Translations under genes and position numbers: made by a program
In this document: piece after piece, positions 37,001 through 44,349 of the stretch
Numbering within the stretch: position 1 is the first letter of the stretch
Layout: each line of letters starts with the position of its first letter
Source: Phoronis australis
Taxonomy: Eukaryota > Animalia > Phoronida
Reading direction: 5' to 3'
NCBI GenBank assembly: GCA_002633005.1
Contig: NMRA01000100.1
Coordinates: forward strand, 425,789 to 470,137
Length of the DNA stretch: 44,349 bases
The notes under the pieces: generated by a model
What the model was told of the DNA's origin: nothing
Database searches by the model: none
The model's input: only the letters and a program-made list of their open reading frames with translations

Positions 37001-38635
37001 ACGTATTCAACTTTTTGGGCGGCACCCTTCGTACAAAAATACTCTAGTACCCCCTGGTGGTGTCAGATGCCACTTGTTAGTGATTTTGGTCATTTTCCTT
37101 TCAATATGACGTGGGTTTCGTAAAATGTGACAATGGTACATTTCTCGCATGTGAGTTCGACGTGAAATGTAACAATTTCGTAAAATTTAACAACTTGTTA
37201 CAATTTAGGAGAGGCTTAACAGTTGTTACATTTTACGAAATTGTTACATTTTACGACGTATCAGAGCAATTTACAGAATGGCAACATTTCTAAGCCCGAG
37301 ATTGAAACACAATTAGCTACTTCGTCATCCCCGATATCAAGGAAGACAAACGAAAAATCAACAAAAGATAAAAGATTTGGTCTTTGCAATGTTGGAAACA
37401 CGTGTTTTGTGAACTCTACACTTCAAGCTATCTTTTCATGCAACCTCAACTGGCACAAATACAATATCAACAAGAAAAACAATATGAAAACCATCCTTGT
37501 GAACACATATGAAGCAACTAAAAGGTATACATCAACTCCGTCTGAAATTTTGAATAAACTAAGATTACAGAACAACTCTCTTGGCAACGGAAGTCAACAG
37601 GATGCCCATGAATTTTTACTATGGTTACTGAACCAATGGCACGTTGACACACTTGCTCACAACGCTGATAATGTAACGTCTGAGGTTACTAGTACCTTCC
37701 AACACGTGAAGAAGCAAACTAGGAGCTGTAATAACTGCACAACAACAAAGGAAAAAACACAGATAGACTGGGAGTTGACCGTCTACCTCCCAACGCTAAG
37801 GAAAGAAATAACTATGCAGGAGTTGTGGCACAGCTTGTGGACGTCGTTGGACATCGAGGACTTTAGTTGCCCAAACTGTAATAGTCTCAGTGGCCAGCTC
37901 ACATGGTCATTAGTAAAACCGCCAAAATACCTTTGTATTCATATCTTACGTACCGCGACTAATGGTGAAAAAATCAACACAAAGATTTCCTCGTATGACC
38001 TCTCCGGCTACAAAATAAAAGCAGTCATTGAACACCATGGAAGAAACACGACGGGTGGTCATTACACATGCTGTGTTAAATCGTCAGCATGGGAATGGAT
38101 AAATTTTGACGACTCTACAGTCACAAGTACATCCAAGCCTCCCCTGGATGCCTACATTGCAATATATGAATTATAAACCAACAAAGGAAATCAACATAAA
38201 AATATGGCGCAATTTCAACATCAACGTCGCATATCACATCTGACGCAGCCAAGTCAAGTTATTTTTTGAAATTCATCCTGGTACGGGAATTGGGGATAGT
38301 TAGGCCTATAAAAGATCTTTAACCCAGCCGCAGAGCGTCTAAAGCCGCGCACCGTACCAGTGACTTCTGGCAACTCATCGGAGAGTCAACTTTAACATCC
38401 TTCGCCGCAGAGATAACAATTCTTGGTCTGTCTCCGGTGAGTCCATTCTTTGTTGAATGATGTTTAGGTAAATTCATCATATTCAATGTTATTCAATCGC
38501 GACACACTTACTGCCGGTCATATGAATAAATGTGCATGCCAGTGTGCAAATACATCTTATACATATAAACATGTAGGACTACTCACACTTCAAGATCAAC
38601 GCCAAGAAGAATAATACCAGTGTTGCAGGGGGCAT
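27751..38635 (-). CDS. type I Ig-superfamily receptor (V + C2 + TM + Tyr-rich tail), ~388 aa, 6 coding exons
   Basis: Exons 38635-38587, 35439-35074, 30504-30178, 29785-29661, 29097-29058 and 28010-27751, with GT-AG sites and compatible phases (1,1,1,0,1); total 1167 nt. The donor of the TM exon is the least certain site. Confidence 0.85.
28085..28235. mobile_element. small Harbinger-like MITE
   Basis: Inverted ends cgttcagtaacgctaggacc / ggtcctagcgtctactgaacg, flanked by CTG on both sides. Confidence 0.65.
29058..29097 (-). CDS. Ig receptor exon 5: 40-nt cytoplasmic exon (VGASSVEPDDGQV)
   Basis: Acceptor gtgctctttaAG and donor GG|GTAAGT. Its phase (0 to 1) bridges exons 4 and 6. Confidence 0.7.
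29661..29785 (-). CDS. Ig receptor exon 4: transmembrane helix
   Basis: Acceptor ttgtatttccAG. GAVAAIVAGACLVVFIISMVIVA followed by the stop-transfer KRR. Donor GGA|GTCAGC assumed; GGG|GTGACA is an in-phase alternative. Confidence 0.82.
30178..30504 (-). CDS. Ig receptor exon 3: C2-type domain
   Basis: Acceptor tttttgtttgcctAG, donor GTGAGT, 327 nt, phase 1-1. Motifs LACSANLGKPEALMVW, STLTV, DSGVQFRCQVTN. Confidence 0.92.
30850..32330 (+). mobile_element. decayed hAT transposase relic (ZMYM1/Tip100-like)
   Basis: Broken motifs in the expected order: QADEST (cf. DETTD, about 31437), AYVHSSHN*NALVDD (cf. YVHCxAHxLNL, about 31900) and RLIC (about 32306). Many stops. Confidence 0.45.
31589..31836. 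mobile_element. Harbinger-like MITE (248 bp) nested in the hAT relic
   Basis: TIRs gagcctgttccaagaaactgactta / taagtcagttttgttggaacgggcct. 3-bp TSD CAG (31586-31588, 31837-31839). AT-rich interior with ttaaga subrepeats. Confidence 0.8.
33842..34140. mobile_element. non-autonomous TIR element (299 bp) with 5-bp TSD
   Basis: Ends CAGGGGCGGATCCAGG / CCTAAATCCGCCACTG (13/16 inverted match). CTTAT at 33837-33841 and 34141-34145. Contains an N at 34113. Confidence 0.75.
34464..34642. repeat. long imperfect palindrome (~85-bp arms, C-TTCG-G loop), possibly a Crypton-type non-autonomous element
   Basis: ggcgtacatgaagtaatatcccac / gtgggatattacttcatgtacgcc pair perfectly and the flanking arms also pair. 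Loop at 34550-34555. Confidence 0.85.
35074..35439 (-). CDS. Ig receptor exon 2: V-type domain without the canonical disulfide
   Basis: Acceptor ttttatctttcAG, donor GTGAGT, 366 nt, phase 1-1. Motifs GEDAVFTIEY, VTLWK, FTIILLHVSPSDEGVYTVQ, TRLFV. Confidence 0.88.
35770..37264. mobile_element. 1.5-kb foldback-type non-autonomous element with ~160-bp subrepeat-rich TIRs and 4-bp TSD AGCA
   Basis: 35770-35952 and 37102-37264 are inverted copies built from GTAAAATGTAACAA units. AGCA at 35766-35769 and 37265-37268. Confidence 0.8.
36645..36745. repeat. degenerate (AAT)/(AGT) trinucleotide microsatellite
   Basis: aataataataatg...agtagcagtagtagtagc. Confidence 0.75.
37265..38176 (+). CDS. intronless minimal ubiquitin-specific protease (peptidase C19); 5' end separated from its ATG, so possibly a pseudogene
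   Basis: Cys box GLCNVGNTCFVNSTLQ (Cys 37403), QQDAHEFL, CxxC...CxxC fingers, His box HHGRNTTGGHYTC (His 38060) and FDDS. No in-frame ATG precedes the Cys box; the listed TTG start lies within the TIR. Confidence 0.85.
   Translation, partial: SNLQNGNISKPEIETQLATSSSPISRKTNEKSTKDKRFGLCNVGNTCFVNSTLQAIFSCNLNWHKYNINKKNNMKTILVNTYEATKRYTSTPSEILNKLRLQNNSLGNGSQQDAHEFLLWLLNQWHVDTLAHNADNVTSEVTSTFQHVKKQTRSCNNCTTTKEKTQIDWELTVYLPTLRKEITMQELWHSLWTSLDIEDFSCPNCNSLSGQLTWSLVKPPKYLCIHILRTATNGEKINTKISSYDLSGYKIKAVIEHHGRNTTGGHYTCCVKSSAWEWINFDDSTVTSTSKPPLDAYIAIYEL
38285..38530 (+). promoter_or_regulatory. LTR-like cassette: purine tract, TATA box, splice donor, polyA signal
   Basis: gggaattgggga at about 38285, TATAAAA at 38307-38313, CCG|GTGAGT at 38437, AATAAA at 38525-38530. 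Confidence 0.35.
38587..38635 (-). CDS. Ig receptor exon 1: signal peptide MPPATLVLFFLALILK
   Basis: ATG in GCAATG context, hydrophobic core, phase-1 donor GTGAGT. Confidence 0.8.
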
Positions 38636-39389
38636 TGCTACAGTCTTTAGTCCGGCAGTAACTAGTGTTCAAATCCTGGTATTAGAATTCCTTCTACCAA
38701 ACTGCGTCACAGGGCAGGGTACGAACACACTCTCACAAAGTAATGGCACTCTCACGCAAATGGATAAAGTCACGCAGTAATTCTATTCAACCAAGATGAG
38801 AGCTAAAATATTCGTCTCCTGTGATATACCTTGAAGCATAGAACTTGCCCACTCCCGGATGTGACCTAGGTATTCTATTGTTAGAGCTTGCGACCCCGAG
38901 ACTCGCCGCGTGAATTCCCGTCTGTTTGCTTTTGATCGATTGTTGGTATGAGATCAAATTGCAATACTTTTTTTACAGTGTGTTATTTCATTTTTGTTTA
39001 TCAAATGAGACTCTTAAGATACAGCTCCGAACAACCAGCGATTTCTTGGCAAAAACCTGACAATTACACTGGTCATTCTGTACCTGTAGAGGCAATATAC
39101 GCGCTAGCTTGTGGCGCTGGAGTGACTCTTAGCCGCATTTTAAGTTAGCGTATCGTTCACAGTGCATGATGAACTCGAAGCCACTTTAGCTTCACCTTAG
39201 TGTTAAGTTATCTTTACTTGGATTGACAAGTCGACGGTAACTAAGGTGGCCTCGAACTCACTTAGCACCACCTTATCATTGAAGTGTCGGATAAAGCAGT
39301 TGCGATATTCATTCACTTAAAAAGAACATGCACACATTGTTGAATTTGTAATTGTTTATATGGATTTTAAAAATAATGTTGTCGACTTT

Positions 39390-39575
39390 TGTAATTATTG
39401 TTATTATTACATTTTCACTTTTATAATCATTATCAGTATTGTTATTTTTATTTGTATAGTTAATACTACTACAGTTAACATCATGAGTATTATCATTAAT
39501 ATAACAATAATGATAATTTTGATAATGATAATGATTATGATAATGATAATGGTAATAATAATGATGATAACATAT
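39390..39575. repeat. degenerate (TTA)/(ATA)/(ATG) microsatellite
   Basis: Runs of tattgttattatt and ataatgataatgatt that generate low-complexity I/M/Y/H ORFs. Confidence 0.85.
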
Positions 39576-39690
39576 AAATATGTAAATCTTAAACCGTCGT
39601 GGAAATGCATATCGCAACCATTTTCATATTTACATGCACTCGGTAGTTCAAGGGCGAGATGTCTGCAACTACGTCGGATTATCGACCTAT

Positions 39691-39769
39691 GATTCCTATG
39701 GCTCAATGGACGAGAGCATCAGTACGGTTAGCAGAAGGTCCCGGATTTGAGTCCAAGTTGGGGAAGCCA
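39691..39769 (+). pseudogene. tRNA-derived sequence (SINE head or tRNA pseudogene)
   Basis: A-box TGGCTCAATGG, B-box-like GGATTTGAGTCC, imperfect acceptor stem gattcct/gggaagc. Stems are broken. An (ACA)n-type tract follows at about 39820-39880. Confidence 0.55.
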
Positions 39770-40599
39770 CGTGATGTGGTCGCAGATGGCGCGCTGACCA
39801 GACTTAGAAATGGCTACGAAATAATGATGATAACGACAACAATAGCGACGACGACAACAACAAAAACAACAACAAAAATAATATTTTATTACCATATATG
39901 CGCGTTTTCAGGCCTATGTACGTAGTTCTGAAATAGTGCATTTTCCTCGAAGTTCTTGATCGAGTCAACTGTGTTACGCCGTTACCGAAAAAAACGGTCG
40001 TTGCGTTGCTTTGAGACCTTCTACAGGCCCACTGACGCAAATGACGATTTGCTTTCACCGTCCCTGCTTGGTCAACTTACCTCCATGTTTGAGAAATTTT
40101 GGAAGTATATGTAATGTTCTTGTCAACTATGCAGTATTGTTATGGATGCTTCCATGTGGACGCCGCTATCTTTCAGTGTGACAGCAAGATTTTTGGTCTA
40201 CACCTATGTGGTCACGTGACCAGAACGTTATTTCACGCATAGCTCTAAGGCGGAGCTCCCACTAATAGTCCTCTACTATCCATTTAAAGACAATTTTACC
40301 TCATTTTTGTTCTTCTAAAACACACAATACCATTTATCTTTTTTCAAATGTGACCTCTGTTCATATCTAATACGATTATACTTAGCATTAGTTATTACGT
40401 GTTTCATTTAACTAGACACCTATTGTAAATATATAGACGCTGAGACGTGTCTATATACTTACTATATCTAGTTAACACATACTGGTGAATTGCTGATTGT
40501 ATATATAATTGTCCAAATCCCGTGTGAAAAGGCGAGACGCCGCTCATGGGATGCATGACATAACAGTTGGCTGTAAATAGTAATTGCACAGATATCGGG

Positions 40600-40670
40600 T
40601 CCTCAGAAGCTCAGAGGTGAGAGCACTAGACCGGCAATCTAGAGACCTGTGGTTCGATTGGGGTTCCTGA
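40600..40670 (+). pseudogene. tRNA-derived SINE-like head
   Basis: AGCTCAGAGG A-box, anticodon-like arm ctaga-ccggcaa-tctag (40626-40642), GGTTCGA B-box (40651). No acceptor stem. Confidence 0.55.
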
Positions 40671-42989
40671 TTTTTCTGTGTTTATTTGATATAGACACCT
40701 ATTGGTAATTCTGATAGTCAAACAAATTGCACGGAACTGTGTAATTTATATACAGCTGTACCTTCTGACACAGCGCCCCCTATCTACTGAAAAGTGGCCC
40801 TGTGGAAACATGACGAACGATACACGAAATTCCGTGTGGGTATCATTGATCATGCCTTGGTCGGAAATATACCGATCACTCATTGCACACACCTTTATGC
40901 ACTGTACTGATTTGGGCTTAAATCACTGGATCAGGGTTCCCTTGATTTTGTTTACCAAGATCACTGTCTGTTTTAATAAACTGCAACTATTCAAGACAAA
41001 CGTGGTCACCATGTCCGGTAACTGCAAACTGAAATTGGTTTCCCAGATTTCAACATATGGCTGAATGTTATGACGTCACTCACATTATTTTAACCAAAGA
41101 GAAGCCATTTCAAGCAACATTCGCAGGTGTTACATTTCATAGCAATGTGAAAGATTGTATATACGGGGCGACCTAGCTGTGATACCTGGCGGAAAAAAAT
41201 AATTAGATCCTATATATGTTTGGTTCGTAGAGTGCATTTTATTGCGTTTTTTTAGAATATTTTTGGGAATTCATGCACATTTGTGTAACGTAAATGAGGA
41301 TTTGTCACACCGAAAATTGCAAAATATGAAGAACTGCTACTTGAGATTACGGTGACGCTAAGGCCACTTTAAGATGCTTCGAGTTAGTCACTTGCTACCA
41401 TCGTGTAATGTTTTATGCTAACCTTACAGCTACAAGTAACTTATCTTGGCTTCGAGGTAGCCCCCCTGGCTGAATGCCAGGAATAGTCTGGATTCTGTTA
41501 TCTTTTCAACTCCATTGGTAGAAACACTTTTGATAGCTTGTCAAACTTCATGTCAAGAGTTTTTAACAAGTCATTTTTGGGTATTAAAATCTCGTTATAG
41601 TATTTTACGGAAAGAAGTGGCATTTGGTTTCTCAATGTTTGTTTTCAATTACTAATAAACTGTTTAGCTCCTAATAACAGTTATGTTCCAGTAACTTTCG
41701 AAAAACTACTAGGAATTGCGTAGCTACGTGCGTGCGTGTGCGTATGCGTATGGGTGGGTGGTTGTATCTGTGCGTGTGCGTATACATGCATCTATGTTAT
41801 TTATGTTTTCAATTGTTTATATGAAAATTCATTTCCACATTGGTAATTGTTGCCCAGATGTAGTTTATGTTAATTTGTTTTCTGAGCAGTACTGTGATCT
41901 GTAATATTCACTTGTACACCTGTGAAATAAAATTTTAAGGAATGAGCATCCAATATTTTGTGTTGCTGACAGCGTACAGTTTACCTGCCAATTGCCCCCG
42001 CGTTTGGCTACTTTTTTAATTTTCCCGCCATCTCGCCACACCATCAAACTGTCCCGCATTTGATACACGGCGGAATAGACATATTATCACATACTATTGT
42101 AGTTTTCCACTTGACATGACCATATTTTCCCGTTCGACTAACAAGAACTAAAACGGGAGGTTTCATGGGTCTTGTAGCAACCGCAGTTTCCCATTCAACT
42201 GAAAAAACAAAAAACACGATGTCTGTAATGTTTATTACGAAAAATACAATGTTCTATAATAAGAGTTAAGCCCAGAGAATTTTCAAAACTATTGCATCTG
42301 GGCGTCAAAATACTACATACATATTTGTATATACAGATAAATATAGGTTATCCCACATACATTGGAACTCTACTGACATATCCTTTCGCGAATTCATTTC
42401 GTCTGGGTATGTCCCAACGAGACCAAAATGAATTCGAGATAGGATATCGCAGTAGTATTCCTATGTATGTGGTATAACCTATTTATCCCACACATATGGG
42501 CTTATTTGCATTATCGTAGCAATCAAAGAAAATGTGAGCAAATGACTGGAAGTTTTCACTATAACAAAATGGTGTACTGTCCCTAAAATTGTGTCTAAAT
42601 TTGTTGCTCTAAGGAACAATCCGCATCTTGATTTGTATACGTTTACTCCATGATTGCGAGGAAGCTGAAATAATGCTAAGGGCACTGGCAAATCTTAAGC
42701 AGTGGTATACTGTTTAAAGTTATGCTTAAGTGAGACAATTGAGCTTTATTTTATTTTAGTCGGTATCGCTTTTGGCTGTTACAACCAACCGTTCGAGGGA
42801 AAAACGATTTTGGGACATTTTGTGTGTTGCGGCGAACAAGATTTCGCCCTACCTTTTGGCTTAGAACCAGATGTCCCACTTTTTATCCGGAAGTAATGCT
42901 TTTCGATCCACTGGTCCCGTTTTTTTTTCATTCTCGAATGTTGACGGCGACAACTACGCAATAGGCGTTCAAGATAACATTGTCTATTT

Positions 42990-43500
42990 GTTTTGAATAT
43001 CGTTATTTTCCGGAGTTCACATTCTTTAGTAACATAACAATCGTGAAAATGTGTTCCAATGTCTCCAGTTTACTGTAACATACGCTACATGTATCGGGAT
43101 CACTAATTTTTACTTTCTGAAAAAAATAACATATTTCTAAACTTCTTTGGAATATCCTACTTTGTAACCACTGTAATGAGCTATCCACAGTACATTTGAA
43201 AGCCATATAATAGACGTTCATTAATTTTTGCTTATCGGAAAACCTTTATCTGCAAATTTCGGATAGATAGTTGGAGTACATAATCTATCACGTGTTTTGC
43301 AAATGTCTCTGCATCCTCAATTTTTAATGAAAGATGTAATTGTATCAAACGACATCAAATTTCCAATTCATATGTCAAGACGAATAGATTTGGATGAATG
43401 TCAGACTAAATTCTTCACAGCATGTGTGAGGGATTCATATTATAAAATCGTTGTCTTTACATGGCAGAATTTTTTTCAATCATTAAATTTTTTAGCCCTG
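42990..43500 (-). mobile_element. 3' fragment of L1/Tx1-clade non-LTR retrotransposon
   Basis: LQWLQSRIFQRSL...KVKISDPDTCSVCYSKLETLEHIF resembles the zf-RVT region. Frameshifted, and the upstream boundary is approximate. Confidence 0.65.
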
Positions 43501-43785
43501 GTTTGACTAGTCGTTTATATAACCGCTATGGGTCATTTCATTCTATGTTGTTATTACACAATGTTATTTTTTCATCTTGGTTTTTAGAGTTAAGAATATA
43601 TTCAAACCTGCCAGGTACGTGAAATGATAATTATTTGTGAATTAAATTATTTATCATTTGCTCCAGGTATACTTATACACCTTCAACAGCTGATAAGGGA
43701 CTTTCTAATGACATGATTCTTAAGTCATTTGATTGAAAAACGGCGAAGTTGCGAAATTTTTTAGTGACGGTAAAGTCCATAGCAA

Positions 43786-44349
43786 TGAAAATGCAGCACG
43801 TTGAAAATTTATGAAAGGAAGCCACGTGTCATGATGTACCTAGTTGCATGAAACAATCACAAATAGGGTCTCAACAAAGTTCCTTAAATCTTCTGCATGT
43901 TTGTGTCTTTGTCTACTTTCAGACTTTAGGTTTCCTACAATCATTTTATGGTTGTTATGAGCTTATATTTCAGCCATATTTTTCCTACTGTACCTTTGTT
44001 TCAGTGAAAATGAATAGAATCCTTTATGAAATGGTCCTAACTTAAAGATTTATCCCCTATTTATTTTCAACAATATTGAGAATTTAACGTAGAGTTTACT
44101 TCAGTGTGTATCAACGCTAAAGTACATATTCTGTGTGGATTCATGTGGGAGTGAATAAATGTGTAACTGACACTATAACTGTTACGCCATCATTTATTGC
44201 TGATTCGTAATCTGGTGTCCAGGAAAGCGTTTGCCAGCAATTGTCCCCCGGCCTGAGGCTTGTGTCGTGTCCCCTGACCTGAGGCTTGCGTCGTGCATAG
44301 TCAAGAATTCTTCAATGGCACAGTGGACAAAGTTAAGCGAAAATTGAAC
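43786..44349 (+). repeat. dispersed repeat copy B (runs off window end)
   Basis: Homologous to 26516-27079. Has a local duplication (cctgaggcttg x2) near 44250-44290. Confidence 0.9.

Noticed and set aside
38454-38486. SECIS-like hairpin after the USP
   Set aside because: It lacks the 3' GA of the quartet, is too short, and the USP has no in-frame TGA.
39309-39706. Hydrophobic Ile/Met-rich and Tyr/His-rich ORFs
   Set aside because: Translation artefacts of a trinucleotide microsatellite.
39691-40670. Functional tRNA genes
   Set aside because: Stems and conserved loop bases are broken, so they are treated as SINE heads or pseudogenes.

Overview
Eukaryotic (animal) genomic DNA, about 40% GC, with spliceosomal introns and many transposon relics. 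It is probably from a marine invertebrate (inference). There are no prokaryotic features. Four genes can be supported. (1) A single-coding-exon, 1090-aa secreted and probably GPI-anchored protein with 19 Cys modules and Thr-rich linkers; its core is a 156-bp repeat with a 468-bp higher-order period (8815-12087, +). (2) A spliced gene that the ORF track splits in two and whose first exon it misses (20110-20196 + 20708-24638, +). It encodes about 1338 aa: a stonustoxin-type MACPF/CDC-like pore-forming domain, a Cys/His module, a P-loop GTPase, a second Cys/His module, a coiled coil and a C-terminal CAAX box (CILM). One extra A at 21507-21512 interrupts it. (3) A six-exon Ig receptor on the minus strand (27751-38635, about 388 aa): a V domain lacking the canonical Cys pair, a C2-type domain, a TM helix and a Tyr-rich tail with an ITAM-like pair. 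(4) An intronless minimal USP deubiquitinase, antisense in intron 1 of the receptor, whose ATG appears cut off by a 1.5-kb foldback element. Also present: an IS3EU-like element, Harbinger-like MITEs, hAT/HERO/Tx1 relics, tRNA-derived heads, and a 1.13-kb tandem duplication across a single N that is probably an assembly artefact. The best candidate for a novel system is the prenylatable pore-former/GTPase fusion. All family calls come from motif recognition by eye; no searches were run.
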